NCBI GenBank assembly: GCA_902517505.1
Contig: CABYCL010000001.1
Coordinates: 3,038-67,037, forward strand
Origin: an uncultured SAR86 cluster bacterium
GTDB taxonomy: Bacteria; Pseudomonadota; Gammaproteobacteria; Magnimaribacterales; D2472
Direction: 5' to 3'
Length of the DNA stretch: 64,000 bases
This document shows, one piece after another, positions 35,922 through 45,929 of this stretch; the first letter of the stretch is position 1; the number at the start of each line of letters is the position of its first letter. The position numbers and the translations under genes were made by a program. The notes beneath the pieces were generated by a model. The model searched no databases and had not been told where the DNA came from. It was given only the letters and a program-made list of their open reading frames with translations.

Positions 35922-37249
35922 TACCTCTTCTGCTTATTATATTAATCTGTACAGCATTGTTAGTAGGATATCCTGTAGCTTTTACTCTGGCCGGAGTATC
36001 AATTTTATTTGCATTAATTTGTGTTCCTTTTGGAATATTTGATCCTACTATTTTTAAAAGCATCCCTATTAGAATCTTTGGAATTATGAATAATGTGACA
36101 CTTCTAGCAGTCCCATTATTTATTTTTATGGGAACTATTCTTGAAAGATCTGGAATTGCAGCAAAGATGCTTGAAAATATGGCAGCAGCCTTCAGAAATA
36201 CTAAAGGCGGTCTTTCAATATCAATTATTATAGTTGGAGCCCTGCTTGCAGCAAGCACCGGAATTGTTGGAGCAACAGTTGTAACAATGGGTCTAATGTC
36301 TTTGCCAATTTTAATTAATCAAGGATATGAAAAAAGCTTTTCTACTGGATTGGTGGCTTCGACAGGAACCTTAGGGCAAATTATACCTCCATCGATTGCT
36401 CTGGTTTTGCTTGGAGATGTTATGTCCAATGCTTATCAAAGAGCTCAAAATGATATGGGTATATTTTCACAACAAACTGTAACTGTAGGAGATCTTTTTA
36501 TTGGTGCTATTGTTCCTGGAATAATGATATGCATTGGATATCTTATATATACAATTTATAAAAATAATAACAATAAAAACATAAAGGCTAATTCAAATGG
36601 ATTATCTATTGAGAAGATTGAATTATTTAAAACTCTTGTTCTTCCAATAATTTTAATTTTTCTCGTACTTGGATCAATATTTGCAGGTATTGCAACACCA
36701 ACAGAGGCAGCAGCTATTGGAGCTTTTGGTGCCTTAGTAATTGCATTAATAAATAGAAAAATAAATTTCAATTTTTTAAAGGAAACTTCAGAAAAAACTG
36801 CTGTTGTATCAACTATGATTTTTACTATTCTTATAGGAGCTTCAATTTTTTCGTTAATCTTTAGAGGAGTCGGTGGGGATGAGTTAATAAATCTTATTTT
36901 TAACTCGCTTCCTGGTGGTTCATATACTGCCCTTATCTTTGTCTTGCTAGTAATATTTTTTTTAGGGTTCATCTTAGACTTTATAGAGATTTGTTATGTA
37001 ATAGTTCCTTTAATTGCACCGCCTCTTTTGATGATGGGCTTTGATCCAGTTTGGTTGGCTATACTTTTTGCTATTAACTTACAAACCTCATTTTTAACAC
37101 CGCCATTTGGGTTCTCATTGTTTTATTTGAGAGGAGTTGCAGATGAAAGTATTCAAACTTCAGAAATCTATAGTGGCGTAATACCTTTTATCATAATTCA
37201 GCTATTAATACTTTTAATAGTAATAATTTTTCCTATTTTAGTTTTATAA
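35912..37249 (+). CDS. TRAP transporter large permease (DctM)
   Basis: GYPVAF, LLAVPLFIFMG, GTLGQIIPPS, ATPTEAA, QTSFLTPPFG. Start at the ATG at 35912. Confidence 0.95.
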   Translation: MEIIPLLLIILICTALLVGYPVAFTLAGVSILFALICVPFGIFDPTIFKSIPIRIFGIMNNVTLLAVPLFIFMGTILERSGIAAKMLENMAAAFRNTKGGLSISIIIVGALLAASTGIVGATVVTMGLMSLPILINQGYEKSFSTGLVASTGTLGQIIPPSIALVLLGDVMSNAYQRAQNDMGIFSQQTVTVGDLFIGAIVPGIMICIGYLIYTIYKNNNNKNIKANSNGLSIEKIELFKTLVLPIILIFLVLGSIFAGIATPTEAAAIGAFGALVIALINRKINFNFLKETSEKTAVVSTMIFTILIGASIFSLIFRGVGGDELINLIFNSLPGGSYTALIFVLLVIFFLGFILDFIEICYVIVPLIAPPLLMMGFDPVWLAILFAINLQTSFLTPPFGFSLFYLRGVADESIQTSEIYSGVIPFIIIQLLILLIVIIFPILVL

Positions 37250-37329
37250 ATTTAAGCAATTTTCCAAAATTCTAGCGTGGTTTTATTAATATTGCTTTCC
37301 AAACATAGTTCCACCTCAGATTGATAGAA

Positions 37330-38295
37330 TTATCCTAAACCAGCATTATTTTTTTCAAGTGCCCTCTCAGCTCTGTAGCTAGAACGAACCATGGGACCTG
37401 AAACAACTTCAAGAAATCCTTTTTGTAATCCAATCTTTCTGTATTTCTCAAATTCCTCCGGAGTTACCCATCTTTCTATTGGATGGTGATTCCTTGTTGG
37501 TCTTAAATATTGCCCAATAGTTAATATATCGACCTTGTTTTCTATAAGATCATCCATTGTCTGTTCTATTTCATCATCTGTCTCACCAAGACCAAGAATA
37601 ATACTTGTTTTGGTAAGTACTGATGGATTAATGCGTTTTGATTCTGAAAGAACATCTAGTGTTTGTTGATAACCTGCTCTGATATCTCTAACTTGGTGCG
37701 TAAGTCTCTTAACTGTTTCAATATTTTGGGCAAAAACTTCTAGTCCACAATTTACTAAAGTATCGATAGATGAAGATAAACCTTTAAAATCTGGAGTTAA
37801 GGCTTCTACTGCAGTATTTGGATTTAATTCTTTAATTAATTTTACAGTATCAGCAAAATGTTGAGCTCCACCATCAGGAAGATCATCTCTATTAACAGAA
37901 GTAAGCACAACATATTTTAATTTCATTATCTGAACTGCTTTTGCAGTATTCATTGGTTCATCTTTATCTAACCATCCATTTGGGTTGCCAGTATCAACAG
38001 AACAAAACTTACACGCTCTTGTACAAACAGATCCCATCAACATAAAAGTCGCTGTTCCTGCAGACCAACATTCACTTATATTTGGGCAATGTGCCTCCTC
38101 GCAAACTGTATAAAGCTGCTTGGTTTGAACCTGTTCTTTTACTTTATGAAAGTTTGGATTAAATTCAGCTTTTACTTTGAGCCAGCTAGGTTTCTTAGGT
38201 GTTGGAATATCAGCATACTTGTTAAATTTTTGACCGTTTTTGATAGCCTTGATGCCATCTCTATTGGTTATCTTTGTTGTAGTAATTATTTCCAT
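37330..38295 (-). CDS. lipA: Lipoyl synthase
   Basis: [20 protein letters not shown] radical-SAM motif, GQYLRP, VRSSY. Confidence 0.97.
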   Translation of the reverse strand: MEIITTTKITNRDGIKAIKNGQKFNKYADIPTPKKPSWLKVKAEFNPNFHKVKEQVQTKQLYTVCEEAHCPNISECWSAGTATFMLMGSVCTRACKFCSVDTGNPNGWLDKDEPMNTAKAVQIMKLKYVVLTSVNRDDLPDGGAQHFADTVKLIKELNPNTAVEALTPDFKGLSSSIDTLVNCGLEVFAQNIETVKRLTHQVRDIRAGYQQTLDVLSESKRINPSVLTKTSIILGLGETDDEIEQTMDDLIENKVDILTIGQYLRPTRNHHPIERWVTPEEFEKYRKIGLQKGFLEVVSGPMVRSSYRAERALEKNNAGLG

Positions 38296-38297
38296 TA

Positions 38298-38900
38298 TTA
38301 AAAAATATTTCTTAGTAAATCTATTACTAATTTCTCTAATTGTAATTTAGATATATCTTTATTTAAATCTTTTATCTGTGTGACCTCAAGTCCTTCATAG
38401 CCACATGGATTTATTTGTTTGAATGGTGATAAGTCCATATCAAAATTTATACTAATGCCATGGTAGGTTTTTCCTTTTGAAATTCTTAAACCAATAGAGG
38501 CAATTTTCTTTTTATCTACATACACTCCTGGCGCACCCTCAACAAAATTACAATTAATTGAAACTTGTTTAAGCAAATCTTTTACAAAATTTTGAATGGT
38601 TAAAACCAATTTCTTTGGGCTAAAGTCTAATTTTTTTATATCAAGTAAGAAATATATAACTAGTTGACCAGGCCCATGATAGGTTACCTCTCCTCCTCTA
38701 TCTGATTGAACAACTGGAATCTCTTTTGCATTTAAGATGTGACTTCTGTCTGCTGCTGTTCCTAGGGTGAATATAGGCGGGTGTTCAAGCAACCAAATTT
38801 CATTAGTGAAATTCTCACTTTGTATATGAGATTTCATTAAATCTAATGTTTCATGGTAATTAACAACACCAAAAGATTTGAAAGTTAAGTCTTCAAGCAC
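38298..38900 (-). CDS. lipB: Lipoyl(octanoyl) transferase
   Basis: [34 protein letters not shown]; GTG start. Confidence 0.96.
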   Translation of the reverse strand: MLEDLTFKSFGVVNYHETLDLMKSHIQSENFTNEIWLLEHPPIFTLGTAADRSHILNAKEIPVVQSDRGGEVTYHGPGQLVIYFLLDIKKLDFSPKKLVLTIQNFVKDLLKQVSINCNFVEGAPGVYVDKKKIASIGLRISKGKTYHGISINFDMDLSPFKQINPCGYEGLEVTQIKDLNKDISKLQLEKLVIDLLRNIF

Positions 38901-39985
38901 TATTTGTTTCTTGATTCAATGAATGCATCTTCAGAGATTTGATGATAGGCGGATACATTATTCTTAAATTTTAGATATGAATCATATACCTTCTCAATAG
39001 ATTCATCTTCTTTAGCTAAATCATCGAGAATCTTATTAGAAATCTTTCTAAATTCTTCTATTACATCATCTGGCAATCTTCTTAGTTCTACACCATGCAC
39101 TTCTACTAACTCAGTTAATGCTTGATTGTTTTTTGCTAAGTATTCATCAAGCATATCTTGATTGACTGCTTTGGAAGCAGTTTCAATAATAACTTGAAGG
39201 TGTTTTGGTAAAGAATTCCAAGCATCCATATTAATCAATAGTTCTAACATTGGGCCAGGCTCATGCCATCCTGGATAATAATAATATTTTGCAGCTTGAT
39301 GAAAGCCAAAGGTAAGGTCATTATAAGGCCCAACCCACTCCGTTGCGTCAATAACACCTGTTTGAAGTGCTGTGAAAAGTTCTCCACCAGGAAGTGTAAC
39401 CGGAATGCCTCCAGCTTCTTTTAGAACCTCTCCGCCTATTCCAGGTATTCTCATTTTGAGTCCTTTTATGTCTTCGAGAGAATTAATTTCTTTATTAAAC
39501 CAACCAAACATTTGGGTCCCTGTATTTCCTGCAGGAATTGGATAAATATTAAAGGGAGCATATATTTCTCTCCATAATTCTAGGCCTCCACCCCTATTGA
39601 CCCATGCATTAATTTCATCAGCTGTTAACCCAAATGGAACACTAGTAAAAAATTGAGCTGCGGGAACTTTGCCCTTCCAAAAATATCCTCCACTGTGTCC
39701 CATCTGATGAGATCCGCTAGATACAGCATCAAATACACCAAATGCGGGAACTTGCTCTTCTGCACCATAAACAGTGATCTTCATTTGTCCATCACTCATC
39801 TCTTCAACTAAATCTGCAATTCTTTCAGGAGCCATTCCTAGACCAGGATAGTTTTTAGGCCAAGATGTAACTAAGCGCCAATTGAATGTTTCTTCTATAT
39901 CAGTTGATGTCTCTATTGTGCTGTCCATATCATTTGAACAACCAGCTATTAAAATTATTAGAGGCAATAAAATAAATTTCTTCAT
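38900..39985 (-). CDS. TRAP substrate-binding protein DctP (TakP/alpha-keto acid-binding-like), lipoprotein
   Basis: WRLVTSWP, GNTGTQMFGWF, KMRIPG, EWVGPY.D, YPGWHEPG; lipobox IAGC. Start at 39985 overlaps the uvrD stop. Confidence 0.92.
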   Translation of the reverse strand: MKKFILLPLIILIAGCSNDMDSTIETSTDIEETFNWRLVTSWPKNYPGLGMAPERIADLVEEMSDGQMKITVYGAEEQVPAFGVFDAVSSGSHQMGHSGGYFWKGKVPAAQFFTSVPFGLTADEINAWVNRGGGLELWREIYAPFNIYPIPAGNTGTQMFGWFNKEINSLEDIKGLKMRIPGIGGEVLKEAGGIPVTLPGGELFTALQTGVIDATEWVGPYNDLTFGFHQAAKYYYYPGWHEPGPMLELLINMDAWNSLPKHLQVIIETASKAVNQDMLDEYLAKNNQALTELVEVHGVELRRLPDDVIEEFRKISNKILDDLAKEDESIEKVYDSYLKFKNNVSAYHQISEDAFIESRNK

Positions 39986-42159
39986 TATAATTTTTCCAGA
40001 TTTGCGTATGCCATCACCAACCATTTTGTTCCTGAATTATCAAAGTTTACTTGAACCCTTGCAGACTCCCCTGAACCTTCATAATTTAAAACAATGCCTT
40101 CTCCAAATTTTTTATGCTGGACTTTTTGGCCAAGTGCTATTCCAATCTCCTCCTCAAATTCGATTTTTGTATCTCTAAAGTCCTTTCTATTATAAGGAAT
40201 ATTGGTTTGTGCTCTAGGTCTTATTTCATTTATAAGGTCTTTAGGTATTTCCCTTAAAAATCTTGAGGGCGGGTTAAAAGTGTCTGTCCCATGGAGTCTT
40301 CTTGATTCTGCATGAGTTATGTATAGCTTTTCCATAGCTCTTGTTACTGCAACATAACAAAGCCTTCTTTCTTCTTCTAATTGTGAAGCGCTCTCCATTG
40401 ATCTCCCATGAGGAAATAAGCTTTCTTCAAGACCTGTGATAAGAACCAATTTAAATTCTAATCCCTTAGCTGAATGCATTGTCATTAGCTGTGCTGCATC
40501 ATCATGCTCTGAGGCCTGCCTATCTCCTGAGTCTAAGGAAATAATATCTAAGTAATTTTCAGCTATCTCAAAATTAGTTTTATCTTCTTTAATACTTTGT
40601 TCAAAGTTCTTAGTTGCGGTTATTAACTCTTCTAAGTTTTCTGTTCTAGTCTTACCCTTTTCACCTGGTTCTTTAGCATGATATGCATATAACCCTGATT
40701 CCTTAATAATTAATTCCATTAGTTCTGATAAAAGATTTTCTTCAATAAATGATTTGCATCCGGCAATAAATTCTAAATAGTCTCTTAGCCCAGCACCACC
40801 TCTTCCGGATATTGATCCCTCGTCTATTAATTTTGCTGATGCTTTAATATACGAAATATTATATTGCTTGGCTGTATATCTTATTTTTGCAAGGGTTTTT
40901 TCTCCTGCTCCTCTGGTAGGATTAGAGATTGACCTTTCAAAAGATGGATTATCATTATTATTAAAAATAACTCTCAAATAAGCTATAGCATTCTTAATTT
41001 CCAATCTTTCATAAAAGCGAAGGCCTCCATATATTCTATAAGGGATACTAACCCTCAATAATGCCTCTTCTATTGCTCTTGATTGTGCATTTGATCTGTA
41101 AAGAACTGCTGTTTCTTGGTATGCACCTCCGCCATTCATCCATTCATTTAGAACATCAGCAACAAATCTAGCTTCATCTTGTTCGTTATATGCCTGGTAT
41201 AAAACTATCTGCTCACCTTCTTTCTTTTCTGTCCAAAGATTTTTACCAAGCCTATCTTTGTTATTGTCTATGAGAGCATTTGCAGCATTAAGGATAATAT
41301 CTGTTGATCTGTAGTTTTGTTCCAGCCTTACTACTTCTGTAGCCTTAAAGTCTTCAGTAAATGAATTAACATGCTCAACTTTTGCTCCTCTCCATCCATA
41401 TATTGACTGATCATCATCTCCAACCGCAGTAATGTTAGTTTTATCAGAGGTTATTTCTTGAAGCCATTTATACTGAATAGTATTTGTATCTTGAAACTCG
41501 TCTATTAATATAGATTGAAACCTCGTTTGGAAAAAAGTTTTTACAGAAGGTGAAGTTTTAATTGTTTCATAAGATTTTAGAAGAAGTTCTCCAAAATCTA
41601 CTAAGTGATCTCTTTGGCATACCTCCTGATACTCTTTATATATTTTGCTAACCGTTTCAGTATAAAAATCGCCTTTATCATCAATATCTTTAAATCTTAA
41701 GCCATCATCTTTCCATGTATTTATTTGCCATTGTGTTTGTCTGGATGGCCATGTTGATTCATCTAAATTCAACTCTTTGGAAATCCTTTTGATTATTCTT
41801 AGTTGGTCATCCGAGTCTATGATGGTGAATCCACTAGATAAACCAGCCTCTTTATAAAATCTTTTTAGCAATTTATGAGACAGTCCATGAAAAGTTCCAA
41901 CCCATGAATCCAAAATAGGAGCTTTTAATAAAGATTCAATTCTAGAACGCATTTCGTTTGCAGCCTTATTAGTAAAAGTTACAGCCATAACTGAGGATGG
42001 GCTTCTTCCAAGAGCTTCCACTTCCCAAGCAATTTTATGAACTAGAACTCTTGTTTTTCCAGAACCTGCTCCAGCTAAAACTAGAAGATGCTGCTTTTCA
42101 GAAGTAACAGCCTTTCTTTGTTCTTCGTTTAAATTATCTAAAATATGAGATACATCCAT
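39985..42159 (-). CDS. uvrD: DNA helicase II
   Basis: LAGAGSGKT, TFTNKAA, DEFQD, GDDDQSIYGWR, LEQNYRS, HSAKGLEF, EERRL.YVA.TRA, C-terminal Tudor-like tail. Confidence 0.96.
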   Translation of the reverse strand: MDVSHILDNLNEEQRKAVTSEKQHLLVLAGAGSGKTRVLVHKIAWEVEALGRSPSSVMAVTFTNKAANEMRSRIESLLKAPILDSWVGTFHGLSHKLLKRFYKEAGLSSGFTIIDSDDQLRIIKRISKELNLDESTWPSRQTQWQINTWKDDGLRFKDIDDKGDFYTETVSKIYKEYQEVCQRDHLVDFGELLLKSYETIKTSPSVKTFFQTRFQSILIDEFQDTNTIQYKWLQEITSDKTNITAVGDDDQSIYGWRGAKVEHVNSFTEDFKATEVVRLEQNYRSTDIILNAANALIDNNKDRLGKNLWTEKKEGEQIVLYQAYNEQDEARFVADVLNEWMNGGGAYQETAVLYRSNAQSRAIEEALLRVSIPYRIYGGLRFYERLEIKNAIAYLRVIFNNNDNPSFERSISNPTRGAGEKTLAKIRYTAKQYNISYIKASAKLIDEGSISGRGGAGLRDYLEFIAGCKSFIEENLLSELMELIIKESGLYAYHAKEPGEKGKTRTENLEELITATKNFEQSIKEDKTNFEIAENYLDIISLDSGDRQASEHDDAAQLMTMHSAKGLEFKLVLITGLEESLFPHGRSMESASQLEEERRLCYVAVTRAMEKLYITHAESRRLHGTDTFNPPSRFLREIPKDLINEIRPRAQTNIPYNRKDFRDTKIEFEEEIGIALGQKVQHKKFGEGIVLNYEGSGESARVQVNFDNSGTKWLVMAYANLEKL

Positions 42160-42201
42160 TTAGGGATTCATTTTTTTGTTTAAGTTAGATATTCTAACCT
42201 T

Positions 42202-43047
42202 ATGTCGACAAAATTATTGAGACAAATTAAAAATTCACTTCCTGATTTAAGAAAATCTGAAAAAACTGTTGGGGAGTTCATCTTAAAAGATCCAAAGTCA
42301 GTTATTACAATGAAAACTGCTGAAGCATCTGAGGCTATGGGTATAAGTGAACCGACTTTGATAAGATTTTGTAAAGCAATTGGATTTTCAGGCTTTCAGG
42401 AACTAAAAATAAATCTTTCTCAACAGCTCGCTGCTGACGATTATTTCGTTATGTATGAAATAAATGAAGATGACTCAATTCACGAACTTTGTGAAAAAGT
42501 CTTTGATACAACTATTAGTGAAATTTTGAATGTTCGTTCTCAAATTGATCAAGCAGTCCTTGAAAATGCAATTGAATTATTGGTTAATGCAGAAAGAGTA
42601 GAATTTTATGCGTTTGGAGGTTCTGCTCCCGTTGCAATGGATGGGCAACACAAATTTTTTAGACTTAAAATTCCTTCATCTTATATATCTGATCCACATC
42701 TTCAATTTATGTCAGCTAACTCACTAGAGAAAAATGATGTAGTTGTTGCTATTTCACAGTCGGGAACTACTTCTGCATTAATAGATAGTGTAAAAATTGT
42801 TCGTAAAAATGGAGTTAAAGTTATTGGAATAATGCCAGGAGATACGCCGCTAGCAAATATCTGTGATTTTCCATTAACAATTAACGTAGGGATAAATAAC
42901 AGAATATCTAAGCCTTTAACTTCAAGAATTGCCTATACAGCAATCATTGATGTCCTAACAATGGGAGTTGCTCAGTTAAAACCAGAAGCACAAGATCATC
43001 TATACAATATCGCTGATAGTCAGAGATCGTTAAAAGTGGACAATTAA
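42202..43047 (+). CDS. RpiR-family transcriptional regulator (HexR/RccR-like)
   Basis: RpiR HTH (SEPT..RFC) plus SIS domain (D.QHKFFRL, DPH.Q.MSA, ISQSG). Confidence 0.9.
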   Translation: MSTKLLRQIKNSLPDLRKSEKTVGEFILKDPKSVITMKTAEASEAMGISEPTLIRFCKAIGFSGFQELKINLSQQLAADDYFVMYEINEDDSIHELCEKVFDTTISEILNVRSQIDQAVLENAIELLVNAERVEFYAFGGSAPVAMDGQHKFFRLKIPSSYISDPHLQFMSANSLEKNDVVVAISQSGTTSALIDSVKIVRKNGVKVIGIMPGDTPLANICDFPLTINVGINNRISKPLTSRIAYTAIIDVLTMGVAQLKPEAQDHLYNIADSQRSLKVDN

Positions 43048-43092
43048 AGGCGCTATGAATGATAAAATTTAAATATTAATTCCGGAGAAAAA

Positions 43093-43509
43093 ATGAGTGA
43101 AGAAATCAAGAAATTTTTTACAACCTATACCGACTTTGTAACTAAAGTAACTAGTGATCCAAGTATTAATTTAGAGGACCTTAAAAAAAGTTTTGAAGAA
43201 ATTGAAAAAAATTCAGATATAAAAACACCTCGGCTTCTTACTGCGGCACTGGGTCTTGGAAGTGAAACTGGTGAATTTGTAGAAATCGTAAAAAAAATGT
43301 TTTTACAAGGAAAGCCTCCCTCAGAAGACAATATATTTCATATGAAAAGAGAACTTGGAGATATCATGTGGTACTGGGTTACAGCATGTGCTGCTCTAAA
43401 CCTAGATCCATATGAAGTAATAAGTGAGAATCAAGAAAAGCTAGCTGCTAGGTATGGAGAAAAATTTGAAGTTGGAAGAAGTGAGGTTAGAAAAGAAGGA
43501 GATTTATAA
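43093..43509 (+). CDS. MazG-like nucleoside triphosphate pyrophosphohydrolase (single domain, phage type)
   Basis: E.GE..EI.KK, RELGD..WY, KL..RY, C-terminal EGDL; SD GGAG. Confidence 0.92.
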   Translation: MSEEIKKFFTTYTDFVTKVTSDPSINLEDLKKSFEEIEKNSDIKTPRLLTAALGLGSETGEFVEIVKKMFLQGKPPSEDNIFHMKRELGDIMWYWVTACAALNLDPYEVISENQEKLAARYGEKFEVGRSEVRKEGDL

Positions 43510-43519
43510 TTAAATAAAT

Positions 43520-43882
43520 ATGTTAATCCTGCTATCAACTTTATATTTCATTTATGGTTTTATTCTTTTTTATACTTACCTAAAAGGATACAGCCTATTA
43601 AGGTATCTTCTAAAGAGAAAAAATATCAATGTGCAATTGTCGATAGAACTTATCTTTATTATTCTTTGTTCGTTAATTGTTTTTACATCTCAACCACTAA
43701 ACTGGGCAGTTACTGTAATAATGATAATTCATATTTTTGGCGTTATTTGGATTATTACAAACCCAGACAATTACTATGCTATGGCTGAAGATTCTTCCAT
43801 CGATATAGACTCAATGGAAGTAGCTACGTCAATGATTGTCATTGGGATGGGAGTTTTCGTTTATTTCTCAAGAATAATTTAA
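43520..43882 (+). CDS. Hypothetical membrane protein
   Basis: 120 aa with about four TM segments. Confidence 0.7.
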   Translation: MLILLSTLYFIYGFILFYTYLKGYSLLRYLLKRKNINVQLSIELIFIILCSLIVFTSQPLNWAVTVIMIIHIFGVIWIITNPDNYYAMAEDSSIDIDSMEVATSMIVIGMGVFVYFSRII

Positions 43883-44751
43883 ATAATTTCTTTTAATCTC
43901 TTATATAGGCTTGATGTATCCCACCTTCCCCCTCCAGCTTCTTGAATATCTTTGTAGTATTCGTTAACAATTTTTGTTACATCTAAGTTAATGTTTGAGC
44001 CTTTGGCTTTATTAATAACTATATCTAAGTCTTTTCTCATTAAATCAACTGCAAAACCATGATTAAATTCATCGTTTATCATTGTTTCCCACCTGTTTTC
44101 CATCTGCCATGATTGGGCAGCACCCTTAGAAATGACTTCAATAACTTCATCCGTTTTTAATCCAACTTTATCTGAAAAATTCATTGCCTCAGCAAGGCCT
44201 TGTAATAAGCCTGCTATACATATTTGATTAACCATTTTAGTTAACTGTCCTGCCCCACTTGAGCCCATTAATTTTATAAACTTTGAATAGAGCTTAATAA
44301 TATCTTTTATTTCTTTAAATGCTTTTTCATTACCTCCTGCCATAATTGAGAGCTGTCCTGATTTTGCACCAGCCTCTCCACCTGATATAGGAGCGTCTAT
44401 AAAATCTACTTCTTTTACATTTAGTAATTTATTTAATTCTAATGGAAGCTCTGAAGAGGTTGTTGTATGGTCAATTACTATCATTCCAGGATTTATATGT
44501 TCAAGAATTCCATCTTTCCCACAAATAATATTTCTGACATCATTATCCTTTCCTACACAGAGAATTAAAACATCAGACCTATAAGTAATGTCTTTAAGTG
44601 AACTGCTTATATTGCCTTTATATTTCTTTACCCAGTCTTCAGACTTTTCAATTGAGCGATTAAATACTGAAACTTGATATTTCTTTGACAGATGTCCGGC
44701 CATAGGAAATCCCATTACGCCTAATCCAATAAAGCCAATGGCTTTGTTCAT
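43879..44751 (-). CDS. NAD(P)-dependent beta-hydroxyacid dehydrogenase (3-hydroxyisobutyrate DH family)
   Basis: GFIGLGVMG, DAPISGGE.GA, GQLTKMVNQ, KDL. Confidence 0.93.
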   Translation of the reverse strand: MNKAIGFIGLGVMGFPMAGHLSKKYQVSVFNRSIEKSEDWVKKYKGNISSSLKDITYRSDVLILCVGKDNDVRNIICGKDGILEHINPGMIVIDHTTTSSELPLELNKLLNVKEVDFIDAPISGGEAGAKSGQLSIMAGGNEKAFKEIKDIIKLYSKFIKLMGSSGAGQLTKMVNQICIAGLLQGLAEAMNFSDKVGLKTDEVIEVISKGAAQSWQMENRWETMINDEFNHGFAVDLMRKDLDIVINKAKGSNINLDVTKIVNEYYKDIQEAGGGRWDTSSLYKRLKEII

Positions 44752-44915
44752 ACGATAAAATCTTCTCTATCTTTCTTAGCTGTTCTTTTGACACCGTCTT
44801 TTGTTTGATACTCAGATGTAATTCCTTTTGTGCCTTCAACATTTTTTAACAACAACATATATATTGCAGACATTACAATCCACATTATTGGAACTAATAT
44901 TATGATCTCAAACAT
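44748..44915 (-). CDS. Small single-pass membrane protein, 55 aa (not in ORF track)
   Basis: MFEIIILVPIMWIVMSAIYMLLLKNVEGTKGITSEYQTKDGVKRTAKKDREDFIV*. Starts 11 nt after the upstream stop and has an ATGA overlap with the next gene. Confidence 0.75.
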   Translation of the reverse strand: MFEIIILVPIMWIVMSAIYMLLLKNVEGTKGITSEYQTKDGVKRTAKKDREDFIV

Positions 44916-44926
44916 TTTTGTTAAGT

Positions 44927-45901
44927 TTAATTATCAATTTTAGTTTTAAATTCGCTATAAGCTTCTTCGTATTCGGATTTAATTCTTCCGACAAGATCGG
45001 CTACTGAAGGAGAATCTTTTATTCCACCTATGCCCTGACCAGATCCCCATATATCTTTCCATGCTTTTGAGTCTGTATTACCGCCTGAGCCAAAATTCAT
45101 TGAAGATTTGTCAGCATCTGGAAGATCGTCTGGGTCTAAACCAGCATTTTTTATGGAGGGTTTTAGATAGTTTCCTAAAACACCAGTAAACAATGAAGAA
45201 TATACAATATCTTGAGCAGCACTTTCCTCTAACATTTTCTTATATTCAGGTTCAGCATTTGCTTCTTCAGTAGCAATAAATCTTGTTCCTAAATATGCAA
45301 AGTCAGCTCCTAATGCGATTGCAGATGCAACAGAGTGCCCATCACCAATTGATCCTGAAAGTATTACGGTTCCATCAAACCATTGTTTTACTTCTCTTAC
45401 TAATGCAAATGGTGACAAAGTTCCAGCATGTCCGCCAGCACCTGCACAAACCAATATTAGACCATCAACACCCTGCTCAGCTGCTTTTTGAGCGTGTCTT
45501 ACACTAATAACATCGTGAAAAACTAATCCTCCATAACTATGAGCGGCTTCAACAACTTCAGAAGGCGGTCTTAATGAAGTAATAATTATTGGGACTTCAT
45601 GCTTTACGCAGATTTCCATATCTTGCATTAATCTATCGTTTGAACCATGGCAGATTTGATTTACTGCAAATGGAGCCACCTTAGCTTCAGGATTTTGTTC
45701 TTGGAATTCTGCTAACTCTGTCTTAATTCTTATAATCCATTCCTCTAAGACATGTTGTGGTCTAGCATTTAAAGCTGGGAAAGAGCCTATAATTCCTGCC
45801 TTACACTGAGCAATTACAAGATCTGGCCCCGAAACCAGGAAAAGAGGTGCGCCAATTACGGGCATAGAAATGTTATCTTTAATATGTTTTGGTATTGCCA
45901 A
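44927..45901 (-). CDS. Nitronate monooxygenase-family flavoprotein (FabK/NMO-like)
   Basis: PVIGAPLF, GAGGHAG, AYLGTRFIAT.E, AWKDIWG.GQG. Confidence 0.92.
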   Translation of the reverse strand: MAIPKHIKDNISMPVIGAPLFLVSGPDLVIAQCKAGIIGSFPALNARPQHVLEEWIIRIKTELAEFQEQNPEAKVAPFAVNQICHGSNDRLMQDMEICVKHEVPIIITSLRPPSEVVEAAHSYGGLVFHDVISVRHAQKAAEQGVDGLILVCAGAGGHAGTLSPFALVREVKQWFDGTVILSGSIGDGHSVASAIALGADFAYLGTRFIATEEANAEPEYKKMLEESAAQDIVYSSLFTGVLGNYLKPSIKNAGLDPDDLPDADKSSMNFGSGGNTDSKAWKDIWGSGQGIGGIKDSPSVADLVGRIKSEYEEAYSEFKTKIDN

Positions 45902-45929
45902 TTTTATAACTCCTTTTAATTTTTATTAC

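Noticed and set aside
37252-37329. 25 open codons in frame after the lipA stop, plus a GAGGTG-ATG six-codon mini-ORF
   Set aside because: LipA is already complete after its RSSY motif, there is no recoding signal, and the stretch could be a gene remnant or chance.
12673-43509. Prophage explaining the phage-like thyA and mazG
   Set aside because: The genes are 30 kb apart, embedded among core genes, with no structural, terminase or integrase genes.
44660-44842. 60-aa minus-strand track ORF
   Set aside because: It overlaps the dehydrogenase out of frame. The 44748-44915 frame fits the gap, has a TM helix and shows ATGA coupling.
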